Source: Guillardia theta CCMP2712 (taxonomy: Eukaryota; Protista; Cryptophyta). Taken from it: a stretch of DNA of 64,000 nucleotides. Below, one piece after another: positions 38,684-50,936 of the stretch. The position numbers and the translations under genes were made by a program. Each line of letters opens with the position of its first letter. Within the stretch, counting starts at the first letter, position 1. Location of the stretch: positions 124,001 through 188,000 of the forward strand of contig NW_005434573.1 of the NCBI RefSeq assembly GCF_000315625.1, in the 5' to 3' direction. The notes under the pieces are model-generated. The model saw only the letters and a program-made list of their open reading frames with translations. It searched no databases and was not told the origin of the DNA.

Positions 38684-40186
38684 TTAGGGTTCAGCACTAA
38701 CCAGGAAGGGATGCTTCAGAGCCTCCTCTGCTGTCATTCTCGTGCGAGGATCGATGTCGAGGCAGCGGTTGAGGAAGTCCCAGATCGCATGTTCCTCATC
38801 CACCTCCAGCCAGCCCTTGCATCCCGCATCCGCGCCCAGGGAGCTTGACAAGGTCCGCCATGTTTGCTTCAAACCACGGGCATAGCTGAGATGCAGGTCC
38901 AATGGTGGAATCTGAATGACATCAAATTAGCTTCCTCTGTTGTAGAGGAAGTTATTCAATTTCACGTCTCGATGTATAATCCCGAGGGCATGTACAGAGC
39001 GCAAAGCAACAAACAAATTCTTCATGTAGTGGGCAATCTCGCTCATGGTCAAATCTTTGACGTAAACCGAGGGCCTGTCATGTTCCAAGTATTCAAAAAT
39101 CAAAGCCTGCTGCTCCTCGATAAGGATTATCCCATCAGGAGCCAGTGGCGGACATTTCACTATCTGTACAATGTTGGATTTTCCATTCAAGCTCGATATA
39201 AACCTTTGTTCCTCCTTGTACGCATCGAGTCTGTGAAATGGTAACAATCGTTTGATTGCTACTCGGCGACCATTTACCCTGTCGTAGGCCGCATATACCT
39301 CCCCGAATGTTCCGGATCCAACCATTCTTGTTATGTCAAACTGCTTTTCCACTTCATTGAGAAACCGCATGTCCACTGGGTAGATCATCAGCTCTTCTCG
39401 TATTGAGTTTTTCTTGCGTGCAGTGCCATTGTTGCCTTTGGTCAATGACATGTCCTTGTGTGCACCCTCTTGATCCAGCGATTCATCGCATGCCATGCCA
39501 TTGTTGCCTTTGGTCAATGACATGTCCTTGTGTGCACCCTCTTGATCCAGCGATTCATCGCATGCCATGCCATTGTTGCCTTTGGTCAATGACATGTCCT
39601 TGTGTGCACCCTCTTGATCCAGCGATTCATCGCATGCCATGCCATTGTTGTCTTTGGTCAATGACATGTCCTTGTGTGCACCCTCTTGATCCAGCGATTC
39701 ATCGCATGCCATGCCATTGTTGCCTTTGGTCAATGACATGTCCTTGTGTGCACCCTCTTGATCCAGCGATTCATCGCATGCCATGCCATTGTTGCCTTTG
39801 GTCAATGACATGTCAGGCCTGTGTTGCAATCCAAGCTGGTGGAAGCTCTGCATCCTCTCTGGTACCTCACCTCTTTCGTCCTCCATACTGTGACGTGCCG
39901 GTTGTTCTTTGTTGTCTTTGGTCAATGACATGTCAGGCCTGTGTTGCAATCCAAGGTTGTGCGCCGGTCCTTCTTCCGTCTTTGCCGGCGTCATGTTAAA
40001 TTGTTTCATACTCCTATTCTTGACTTGACGTGCTGCATTGCTTGCGTTTCGTGCAGATTTTTGTTCCGGGGTTTCCAAACTCCTCTTCTTCTGTTGCCTC
40101 AATCTAGCATTTTTCCTCTTCCGTGCAAGTTTTTCTTCTTCTGTCCCCAACACTTCGTTGCCCTCCTTTTCCACTGTGAAGGGCAT
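38684..40186 (-). pseudogene. CDC7-like kinase copy with internal deletion and in-frame stop; N-terminal 24-aa tandem repeats
   Basis: GSGTFGEVY, VAIK and FEYLEHD...YMKNLFVALRSVHALGIIHRDVKLNNFLYNR (CDC7 signature), then TAA at 38927-38929. The same frame resumes with subdomain XI (DFLNRCLDIDPRTRMTAEEALKHPFL). DFG, APE and DxWS are absent. Confidence 0.8.
39424..39813. repeat. 72-bp coding tandem repeat x5 plus partial (DMSLTKGNNGMACDESLDQEGAHK)
   Basis: Nearly identical copies. A further partial copy lies at ~39910-39955. Confidence 0.95.
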
Positions 40187-40191
40187 GCCAT

Positions 40192-40239
40192 GCGTGACAC
40201 ACTAATAGCGTGACACACTAATAGCGTGACACACTAATA
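40192..40239. repeat. 16-bp tandem repeat GCGTGACACACTAATA x3
   Basis: Immediately 5' of the CDC7-like ATG. Confidence 0.9.
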
Positions 40240-40247
40240 AGTCCGAC

Positions 40248-41240
40248 GGTTTCAGGCCATATACACCTTCAAATTTCAAATTTTATCTTTTAGTTTTGAT
40301 GTCACTGAAATCAGGTTGTGTGCGGGGATGAGGCCAGGTATCAGTATCCGACTGATCAATGAGCGCCGGGCACCCGTCCGTCGGATCGCTCGGATCAGTC
40401 GGATCGGACGGTCATGTCTTTGCGGAGACTCGAGTAAGCGGCCGGAGAGACTCTGGTGACGGTTGAACTTCCGAACTTCGAAGGACTCCGAGCCGCTTCG
40501 GAGAGAGCCTCTGGCAGAGAGAAAGAAGATTCGGAGGAAGGAACTCGGAAGCCTCGAAGACTCGTGACTGAGACGGTCCGAGTGACCGTGCGGCTTTGCC
40601 AGTCCGGGCATACTGAGTTATACTGACTCAGTTCAGTTTCCGCGCCACATTCGCCGCCGCGACTTGGAAGCGGGCTCTCGCGGCGGCGCTGTCCGAGGGC
40701 CACCGGTCTGTGCCACAGCGGCGGCCGCCGCCCGGCGGGCGGCGGCCGATGAGAGTCCGGCGCAAATATGACTCAGACAGATAGCCCCGAGTTAACACTG
40801 AAAACTCTCCTGTAAAACCAGATGAACCGTCTTACGTGGCGCTGACTCGGGGCGGCAATGACTCAGTCCGATGAAGTAGTCTGGCATGATAGTCCATACT
40901 GTGACTGTGACCGTACCGTGCCGCTACTTCTGTCGGCGCCGGGCAGTCGAGGCTCACTGACCGTGCTCACGGTGACCGATCTATCTCTCATGTGCTCCTC
41001 AATTCTGCCAGGCCGCTGGTTTCAAAGTTTCGTGTGCATTAAACACGGTCTTGAGCAACAACTGTCTTGTTGCAAACTAGTACTAGTGTCTGGCCATTAA
41101 GTCACTTGGACAAGCGTGACACACTTGAAGGTTTCAGGCCATATACCCCTTCAAATTTCAAATTGTTTCGTGTAGTTTGGAGGTCTCTGAAATCAGGTTG
41201 TGAAAAGGGGCCGGCCTGACCGAGCGGGGATGAGGGTATC
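40248..41240. repeat. ~95-110 bp direct repeats (40248-40342 and 41130-41240) flanking a type A GC-rich block
   Basis: Both read GGTTTCAGGCCATATAC.CCTTCAAATTTCAAATT...CTGAAATCAGGTTGTG...GCGGGGATGAG..GGTATC, and both are preceded by GCGTGACACACT. Confidence 0.85.
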
Positions 41241-41368
41241 TTTGTGGCAATTCAAATTTTCAGTGAGGTTTCAAATATTTGAGATTTTTGTGACAAATTT
41301 TCAAAATATAAATTGAAATATCAAAAATGAAACAGTTCAACATTGAAATTTTCCCGCCTTTTTGTATC

Positions 41369-41951
41369 ATGGAAGACCCTCGCAGAAAAATTACTTTCAC
41401 CCCTGTGAACTCTGCGAAGCCGTACAGCTATGAGGATGTGCAGCGATTGACTGAGCAAGACAAGTCATGGTGAGCATTTATCTGTTTGTTTTTCTTCGAG
41501 ATCATCACGGGAAGTGATCCAAATGACGTGTTCTTGATGCAGGTACGAAAGATTCGCAGCCTTCGGTAACTTGTATGAGATGGATGACCGGGTGAAGATT
41601 GTGGTAAGTGCCCAACCAATATTACACACCCGTATCCAGGAGTACGTAGACGTACCAGTAAGCCGCCCAGCATACAAAACTCTCGAGATAATGGCTGCAT
41701 ACGAAGGGGGTTTCGACACATCGCAGAACTGTCCCGATGTGAAAAGGTTGTGACATGAAATGGGCACAAACAAAGATAAGTTCAGGACTCGGGAGTCGAT
41801 CAGGTCTAGGCAAGATATTGACATGGTCATCTCACTGCATGGAAGAACATGCAAAACTGAAGGAAAAGCTCAACGGAAAGTTCTAAATGAACAGATACAG
41901 CGCATTTTAGCAGTCACGGTCGGAGCAGCTCGATGCTTGAAACAAAGATGA
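41369..41951 (+). CDS. Small hypothetical multi-exon protein
   Basis: Exons MEDPRRKITF...DKSW|YERFAAFGNLYEMDDRVKIV|EYVDVPV... join in frame across GT-AG introns. Confidence 0.5.
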
Positions 41952-41999
41952 TCCTCAGTACAATCGAATGATGACAAGTAAGTCCCGTGGTTCGTGAAG

Positions 42000-43275
42000 G
42001 ATTCTTCATCCAATTCTTAAGGATGTGTTGGAACGATGAAACATTTTGCAAATCACCAATTTCATCACACTGACTGATGCATCATGTAAATATTACTGGT
42101 GTGAACTTGCATCAGATTCTGTTCATCGGATGAGCCGCTACCAAGCAGTTGATGTCACAGCAAACAAGAGAGCCGTTTTGAAGATGTTGATATTCCTGAC
42201 CGTAGAGCATTCAAGATGTGGCCACATGTCACATGCTTCTTGGTTAACGCAGATACACCCTCGCCAGGCAAAAGATGGAACGTCTTCAGGATTACAGGGA
42301 GGTCGGTTGTGCTTGTACCCTGATTGTAACTCTTCTAATAAAGATATGATAACCTGAATGTGCAATTCTGTTTGTTGATTCACAGTGTTTGCGACTCGAT
42401 TGCAATCATCGAGTGCTTGCTCTGTTGAACAAGGCACTCCTCTGTAGAGCCATGCGACAAGAACACTACAGTTGCACGGTAGCATTGCGACACCAAGACA
42501 GGATTGATCCGATGAACGTCTCATTTATTGATACGCAAAGGCATCATCTGCACATTGCTTCATTTCTGACTAGGTTTCTGTGCAATCGAAATCCTTGTGA
42601 AAATATCATGACAGAGGAAAAATTTGAAGCGAAACGGAAAAATCATCGAAATATGATCATAGATATAGTGATTCATGATCAACAACGGTTCTCTACAGTC
42701 ATCTATGCGGGCAGGAACAGTCATCTTCTGTGCAAACGTCTCTTCATGTATCGTTGAACGGTTGAGTGCATGTAAGACTTGCCTCCATAGAAAGGTGAAG
42801 TGCATGAATCCTGACTGTAAGACTAGAAGAATTGAAAGCAAGTGATGACATGAGAACACATATCTAGACAGAAAAGTCGCTCAAGGTACAGCTGGATACA
42901 AATTTCTCACAAATCACAGTCATGCATTTGAGCGCAACGTGCAACCTACGGCAATTTGAATAAAGGGTCAATCAGAGTTGATTCTGTTCAATGGTGTATC
43001 GATTATCAATTCCTTACCTGATCATAAAAATTTCATCTTGTCTTCGAAGAATATTTGCAAGTACACTCGCGGATTGTTTGAACCTAGGGTGCATATTCCA
43101 TTGCAGGATGGATGATTCAAACCTTGGCCCAACCTGTAGAGTTGAGAAAGAAGCTCGATCATCTCTTACAGGTATGATATGAGATCTTCATCTCATTTCT
43201 ATCTCAGTTGGGTTGGATTCGAAGTCTCTCAATATCAAAGTTCATCCTGGTGAGTCAGGAAGGCACCATTTCATC
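42000..43275 (-). CDS. Hypothetical multi-exon protein (approximate)
   Basis: Minus-strand exon-like frames, e.g. VIISLLEELQSGYKHNRPPCNPEDVPSFAWRG, with short introns. Confidence 0.35.
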
Positions 43276-43299
43276 GCTTCTTGCTCGTCCAGGGAGAGG

Positions 43300-43810
43300 G
43301 GGCTTGGGGAATGAGAAATGGGTGTTACCCCCACCCCCTATTGTAGAGTTTCAAACTCGTTCAAAGGTGGGTAGTTGAGGGTGCTCCATACCCACCCCAC
43401 CACCCAAAATGACTCAAACGGAGGGGTTCTCGGATCCGAAGGAGTCCCGCCTCCATCACCCCCTCTCATTTGAATTCAAGATGGTTCAGGCCGACCCCAC
43501 ATACAGGCTTGCAGTTTTCTTATGTATGCCCATATGATTTGATCGGACAGGCCCCAGGTTCAAGGGATGAAGCAATTCACCAGCATGCTTGAAGATTTTT
43601 CATTGGAGTGGGGTCATACTTGTACCGGATGTGTACAATACATAGGGGAGAACCCCGAATGGTACCAAAAGAGTACCAAAGTCACATGGTTCGGACTGTA
43701 CTAACTGGTACCAAGAAATTGTACTCAAGAAGACCCTACCCCTGAAAAAGTTCTGCTTGGCTCTTCGTGATTTGAATTCGGAACACGGTCGGAAGACCCA
43801 CCCCGCCCCC
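43300..43810. promoter_or_regulatory. Type B block
   Basis: TACCC/CCACCC/GTAC words 5' of the minus-strand gene. Confidence 0.35.
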
Positions 43811-43889
43811 ACATGAAGCGTGGTATGCGTGGATTTGAATCTACCACCCTCACCGCGAAACGTTTTAGAGCTCCAAGGTCAATTGAGAA

Positions 43890-44860
43890 AGGCAACGCTA
43901 TGGCGGGCCCCCGGGCCCGGCCGCGGGGGGGAGCCGGCCCGGGGGCGCCGGGCGGGCCGGGCCGCCCGGCAGCCGCGCGGCCGCGAGGCCCAAGTCGCCG
44001 CCAACGCGGCCAACTTGAACGGCCAGCGCCGGATCATCCGACCGTCGGACGGGCGGCCGGTCACGGCGTACGGTCACGGGCACGGTCAGGGTGACGCCAG
44101 TCACGGGGGCCACCGTGCGCGAGTCCGACGCTGCGGCAGGCTTCGTTCAACCGAACTCCGAAGCCGCAGTCTGCGGCTCACGAGTCAGTTGCCTTGCTTC
44201 GAAACTTCCGGGCCGGGTGCCCGGCCAGTGCCTGACGCCGGGACTCACCGTACCGGGCACTCAGTGGCACCCGGCCCGGCCGGCGGCGGGTGACTGTCAC
44301 TGCCAGTAGCAAGGCTCGCGACAGTGCCCGGCCGGCGGCGGCCGGGCGGCCCGGTGACGGTTGGAACTTATAAGTTGAACCGTTGTCAAAGCAGCCGCGG
44401 TAGGGTAGTGACCCGGTACGGTACCCGCAGGTACCGGCGGGCCGTACGGTAGTACCAAGTATATTAACGGCGCGGCGTCAACTTTGAGCCGCTAGTCACT
44501 TGAAAGACGGTCGTGGCTGGGGACCGGTCACGGTCCGTCGTGGCGGCTCCCGGCGGCCCAGTCCGACGGTCGGCACTGCTCACCTCTGAGCTGCCACTCA
44601 CCGGCCGGGCGGTCACCAGTGGCACGGTACCGCGGGCCGCGGGCGCAGACCGTATTGGCATACTGAGGCTTCTTTACTCAAAGTTAAGTTACTTACTACT
44701 ATGATAGGCAGGCTCAAGTTTCAAGTACTACCGTTCCGCCGGAGGCCCCGCTGCTTCCGAGGGTCGCCGCGTCCTGCAGTACCGGTATTCATGACTGCTT
44801 GTAAGCACTACCGGTACAGGTGATCTATCTTTTTAGCTACCTGAAGCCCCGATTTAGACT
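43890..44860. repeat. Type A GC-rich micro-palindrome block
   Basis: Same word set; many GGTACC/CCGG/GTCAC micro-duplications. Confidence 0.7.
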
Positions 44861-44874
44861 CTGCAGCCGCCAAA

Positions 44875-45671
44875 ATGGTGAGTGTTGGGCAATCATGCAG
44901 ATGATGCGTCAGTCAGTGTGAAGGAGCCGAGAAGAACATGATGGGTAGGATTGAGTGGAAGCTGAGAAGATCATGTAGTCATGCTGATTGAGCTCCGAGG
45001 CTCTGTGGCCATGATGACTGGATGATGAGAGTTACCTTGAAGGATCGGACAGGCTAAGCCAGCTCCTCTCGCCTCTGACCGTACCAAAAGAAGTCGGGAC
45101 TTAGCTGGGGTGAGATGGACCGGTTACTCACAAACTCGAGAGCGTTGAGGGATAAGACAGCACTGGCAGACGTGTGGTAGAGTCAAGGGGCAAGGGAGAA
45201 TCTAGAGAGTATCTGCTCAAGGTTGTTCAAGCGATCTAACTCGTTTTTTTCGTTTGCAGTTCCAGGTGCGCTCTTGGAAGAAGATAGAGGAGGGGGAGGA
45301 GGAGGGGGGGGAGGAGGAGGAGGTATTATAGAATGACTTCAAACATCTGAGCCTTGTCTTGTTAGGACATCCGTAACTTGTCTCAGCTCGTGCACTCCCC
45401 GGACGGAGGGTACTACTTGTACTCCAACTCCCTTAACCAGATGTTTGTGCACGTCCCCCTCACCCCGACTCCCTACTGGTCGGAGATGTCTGCGGTGAGT
45501 CTCGGCTCCCTCTCTGCTGCTCCTCCATGTGACGAGCAGCGACAGGCCAACATCCCTCTGGCTTCTACCCCCAACGATGGCACCTACCACTCCTACTACG
45601 GCTCCGAGCACGAAGCTGGCTTCGTCAGCGGAACTGGTGGCTTCAATGTCGGCATGGTGAACGGCCAGTAA
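44875..45671 (+). CDS. Small (~88 aa) hypothetical protein with ATG-only first coding exon and a 6-nt microexon
   Basis: ATG|GTGAGT (44875), TTGCAG|TTCCAG|GTGCG (45260-45265), TTAG|GACATC (45366). Gives MFQDIRNLSQLVHSPDGGYYLY...VNGQ*. Confidence 0.6.
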
Positions 45672-46139
45672 ACGGTGAATTGAGCTGATATCGAATATGA
45701 GTACAAGTATTTGTTTTCAAGCGTGTCTGTGCATTACTCGTGTTCATCATAAGTTCATTCATTGTAACTTTCAGAACTCTCTTCTATTTTGCTGAGATTC
45801 GGACATTTCCGGCGGTAGTCCGAAAGTCACATCTGATAAACGTTGTAGTCATCCGTTCCACGGATTCACGTCAGCTCCCTGAGTCAATGACTGTGCTGGC
45901 GGCATTGCTCGCGTGTCGGACGACTCTGTACAGCCTGAGAAGTTCCGAAGTTCAATCAGTCTCACCTGCCGCGCGGCCAGCTGCTGCCATCAGGGTCACG
46001 CCGGAGGATCGAGTCACTCGGAGCCTGTACGGTAGTGTTACTGATTAGCCCCGGGAGCATGCCGGCGGCTCCAGCCTGACCGTACTCAGAGATGGTCCGG
46101 ACTGTCCAAGAGCCGTTACTCGACCGTTACTACTGTTAA

Positions 46140-48745
46140 ATGAGGCCAGGGGGGCGGAGGATACAAACTTAGATGAGGATCGAGATGGTCGCAGGGAGGG
46201 AGTAGGTCCCAGAGAAGGTCCCCAGGAGCGGGAAGAGCCGGCATGCGATCGCTGTAGACGAGCATCAAGCGTACAGTCTTGAGCTGTCATCGCCTTCCTG
46301 CTAGCCATGGAGAGATTCTCAAGCTTCACCCCTGACTCGCGCTACTCGGGGACGTCCATGAGCTCGCTGGCGAAGAGGTAGCATGCTTTTGCTGGTGACC
46401 TGAGCGTCTGAGACATGGCAGCATCACCGGCATATCGAGGTACTCCAAGAACTTGGAGAGCGAGAAGGAATGGCTGCGGAGGAGGTGTGGCGAGGGAGGG
46501 CCACAGGTTTCTGGCTCTGACCTGATGGTGTACAGGTTGAACGAGGGGACGCCGAGGCGTTCCTTTCGCTCCAGCTTGACAAGTCACTCCCAACCTCAGG
46601 CGCAGAGAGCTGCAGGAGCAGCGACAGACCTCGACGAGGTCAGAACCTCCCTGCTCTTTGAGCTGAACCACCTCCGACCCACCGCTCGTGATATCCCGCA
46701 TGACGCTGTGGCGCCTCCGAGCTCTGAGGGGTCTGACACTGCGCATGCCCCGACTGATGGAGTAGAGAGCGACGAGGGACGAGGAAGGGAATGCTCGGCT
46801 GAGGGATCTCCTCCTTGCCCCATGAGCAGCACTGCTGAGGCCGAGCACAAGGCTGAGATCAATGGCTCGCTAAGAGGCGCTATCGTAGGCTCTGAACCAT
46901 CTAGAGAGGAGCAGGAAGAGAGGTCCGATCAGTCGTCCTATGGCGCATCGCCCAGCAGCAGAAGGGCTGGCAGCCAGGTGGAGTTGTCAGAGAGTTACCT
47001 GCTGAAGCTGCTGGCGTTTAAAGAGGATGAGATAGAGTTGCTGCAGGGAGAGAACCAGAGGCTGCAGGAGTCGTTTGTTCAGTCGCAATCTCACGTCAAA
47101 CAGCTGCGGCTGGAGCAGGTAGCTCATAAGAGCGAGTTCGAACTTCAGTTGGACATGGCAGGACGCAAGGTCCAAGAATTGGTGAGGCAGGAGGAGGAGC
47201 TGCGCAGAGAGCTAGAGGCGGCACAAGTGAGGATCGCAGAGCTCAAGGAGACACAGGATGACTACAAGAGGTTCGTTAGCAACTTCGAGAAGAAGAGCGA
47301 GAACCAAGATCGAGAGCGGCAGGAGGTGTCGAGGAAGCTGGACAAGAAGACGGTGCAGTTTGAAGACGTTCTGAAGCAGAACTTGCTGCTGCAGAAGCAA
47401 GAGGCCAGGCTCAAGAGCCGCCTGGTTGAAGTCGAGGGCTCCTTGCTGCAGGAGAACACCAAGTCAAACAACCTGAGGCTTGAGCTGGAGAAGCAGAAGA
47501 ACGAGTTGGAGGGCGAGAACAGGAAGTTGAGTCATCACAGCAAGATGCTCGAGAGAAGGCTGAGCTCTCTCAGCATCGAGAACCAACGGTTGCAGACAGG
47601 CATGAAGCAAACCTTGTCGCAGTTGGTGGACGAGGTGCAGGTAGACGTGTTCGAGCTGAATGAGATGATGATTCACTACGACGCTCTCGCGAAGCGATGC
47701 AGATACCTTGAGGTCGGATTATCCTCCCCCTCCTTCCCCCCCTCCACTTCCCTTTGCTCTCCTTTCATCATCCTCCTGCTTGTCTTTGACCTTGCAGACA
47801 GGCGTACATGGAGTCTGAAATGAAGATGAAAGAGAGCATGATCAGTCAACACCGAGCCGAGCAGAACAAGTCTCATGCGGAGATCGCAGACCTGGAGAGG
47901 AGGCTGGAGGCTGCTGAGCTCGACCTGCTCAAGGCGAGGGATCAGATCAGCACCATGAGAGAAGAGAGCAAGATGCTTGTATCTGCCGCGGAGAAGCGAT
48001 CCCACGTCCTCAGGTCAGCCCGTCACCAGCTCGCACTCTACTCACCTCTTCTTTACCAGCGAGGAGGTGGAGCTGCACAGAGATATCGGGAGAGAGAGAG
48101 AGCGCAAATTGTCGGAGATGCTCGCCGAGGTTGCTCCTCTTGCCTCTGATGACCCTGACGCTTCACTTGCAGGTCAGAAAGTCTGCGGAGAAAGAAATCT
48201 CAGCGCTGCGCAACGACAAGTTCTCGTTGGAGACAACCGTACATGATCTGAGGGAGACGGTGAGCCCGCGGCCTTGTGCTCTTGTCGGCGCCTGATCAGA
48301 TGCAGATGGAGGAGGAGAGGGAGCGGAGAGCAGCAGCAGAAGAGAGGCTAAACCTCGCAAGGAGGGAGCGGAGGAAAGAAGTTCGAGAGATGGAGGTCAG
48401 TGTAAGTTTCTCATACTTGCAGCTGCTAAGCCCGCGGGCCAGGTGCTGCTGTCGAGATCCCTTCAGGCCCTGACCCCCCAGCTGGATGAGATCGACGCGC
48501 AGGTCTGTCGCGCCATTGCCAGAGGAGCAGCTGACTGCGAGCAGATCGGGAAGTGCGGGTCAGACCTGGAGCAGGGGACGTGGCCGATCAATCTCTTCCT
48601 GCTCTACCTCAACATGAAGGACCTCGATGAGATCTCGCAGAAGTTGCTCAGCGTCTTGCTCGAGGTCCTTCTCTTCTCCTTGACACGCTCACTTGTGATG
48701 TCGCTGCCTGCAGGTGCTGACAGCGGCGACGGCGTAGAAGCTAGA
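46140..48745 (+). CDS. Long coiled-coil hypothetical protein, multi-exon; ends approximate
   Basis: 456-aa E/K/Q/L-rich heptad ORF 46453-47823, with flanking exons in compatible frames. Confidence 0.65.
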
Positions 48746-48880
48746 CAGACGAGATACCGAGATGATACTACGATGCGGATGTGGATTAACGATATTCAAG
48801 GAGACGAGAAGAAAGCAGCAAATAGACGGAACAGGGCAGGAGATGAACAGGAGCAGAAATCTTCTTTACCCCAACAAAGC

Positions 48881-48958
48881 GATAATGATATAAGGTCAAG
48901 TGAATAAGTATGAAGATTCAAAGTGATAATGATATGAGGTCAAGTGAATAAGTATGAA
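48881..48958. repeat. 34-bp direct repeat, 44-bp period
   Basis: GATAATGATAT(A/G)AGGTCAAGTGAATAAGTATGAA twice. Confidence 0.85.
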
Positions 48959-49954
48959 TATTCTATTGTGCTACATGTCTCTACCAGCACGACCAGATTT
49001 TCTGAAACGGCCTTGAATCACACATGGGTCTGGTTATACTTCAACCTGTTCTTCATGGAAAGGATCAAGTACGAGTCAGACACAAGAAAAATATTGGCGT
49101 GTCGGTCTTCAATGATCCATAATTTCGACGGAAAACTTAGAATTTTGAAATATCATGTTTTGTGTCGTTTAGCTAATTTAAGGTCAAATGAATAAACAAA
49201 AGTTCAAGTTCTCGCGTCAGAGTCGAGGAGTTTTCAATATCTGTCGTCCCACATTTGAATTTGAGAGTGACTTCCTCGTCCAATGTGAGCCTTGATTTGA
49301 AAGATACAGTCGGCCCTCCCCGCGCCTTCACACTGAGTGAGCAACTGTTGAGTTGGTTTTTTCCTACTGCTCTTTGTCCTGATCCTTGTTCCCTTGCTTG
49401 TCGTGCATGCCGTCGCTTGCTTGGTTGGAGTAGCGGTTTTTGCTGCCTCCTCCGTTTCCAAGTATTTTGTTGAGGCGCCCCGGATTGTCGGGTTTCTCCT
49501 CGTCCTCCTTGGTTTGCTCCGGTTTTCCTTTTCTTATTCAGTCATCAAAAGAAAGATATGAGGGTTTTATGGATGTCCTTCTGAATAGCGTAGCTTATAG
49601 TGTGCCCACTTTACAGCGTAGACTAGTGTGCCGGGCTCACGATGTACGATCTGGGTCTTCGATTTACACTGTCACAGTACTGAGGTTTTGCGGTTCAAGT
49701 CCAACACACGCTTTCCGAAGAGCAACTCACTAGAACCTGCATGGCTTGACACACTGATTCTCAAACAGCAGCGACGTTTGCCCGTTGGAACTTCCGCTTT
49801 ACAGCTGCTTTTCTTTAACCTGTGTATGTGTGAAAAGTGCTGCACATGTAACCATGTGTTCAAGTACGCGATGTCATTCAGAATCTCAGAGCCATTGTCC
49901 TCATTGAGCACACAACAGGGAAGCATTCATCATCAAAATCTTGCCACAACCCCG

Positions 49955-50245
49955 TCAAGAAGAAGCTCGTTCAACTATCCGATGCAGCCGCTCCTCTACC
50001 TCCTGCTCCCACCCCTCCTCGCATGCCTCCCATAGTTGTCGCTCCTTCAGCATCCTCGCGTTCTCACGCACGTCAAAGGACCCCAACCCTCTCATCGCTT
50101 CTGCTGCCCCGACGTCATCGCATAGTCCAGACACTTGACTAGCAGGCAGATCAGCGAGAAGAGAGACGAAGAGACAGACCTGAGTTGGTCCAGAGCCTTC
50201 ACTGCAAGAACAAGAGCCTCGTGCGGTGAGTACGCATCCTGTATA

Positions 50246-50309
<64 letters not shown>

Positions 50310-50879
50310 TCCATCATCTCCATCATCATCTCCATCATCTCCATCATCATCTCCATCATCATCATCATCGTCGTCATCGTCGTCATCATCATCATCTCCA
50401 TCAAAATTTACGTATCATTGCAGCTCATCAGGTGTCCTCACATCATGGTGATGGTAGATAGCTGCAGCAAGCAGCTCAACAGTCTTTTTATGCGCCACCA
50501 GCTTGCAGTTCTCTTCTCTGCTCAGCAACGTCTCATCGACTTGCTCGTGCCATCTTCCGCACCTTCACTCACCTCGACAACATGGCGCTGATGCTCTGCA
50601 GCGGAGTGTGCATCTGCCACACCAGCCCGAACAGGTTCGCTTCCTTCTGCTGCTGTGGTCACCGACACCAACCACAGGCAACTCCTGCACCAGCGACGCC
50701 TCTAGCATGTCCAGCAGGCAGTCCAGCAGGCAGGGCTTGTCTGGCAGAGAAGTCCACCAGCCTGGCAGCTCCTCCAGCTCATGATCACGAAACATCTCGC
50801 ACAGGACCTGGAAGGACCGCAAGCAGACGAACTGACATGAGGATCAGGACGAGGGACGAGGGTGCAAGAGAAGGACCAA

Positions 50880-50936
<57 letters not shown>

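Noticed and set aside
38927-38929. Stop-codon readthrough or recoding in the CDC7-like gene
   Set aside because: Readthrough would still lack DFG, APE and subdomain IX; deletion explains it better.
39403-39999. Cys/His-rich metallothionein-like repeat protein on the + strand
   Set aside because: It is the antisense reading of the 72-bp repeat; the minus frame is continuous with the kinase domain.
43821-43900. tRNA-like T-loop (GATTCAAATCC...CCA on the minus strand)
   Set aside because: No consistent T stem, acceptor stem or anticodon arm could be folded.
49955-50591. Poly-Met, poly-His and poly-Ile proteins
   Set aside because: These are translations of a (CAT)n microsatellite.
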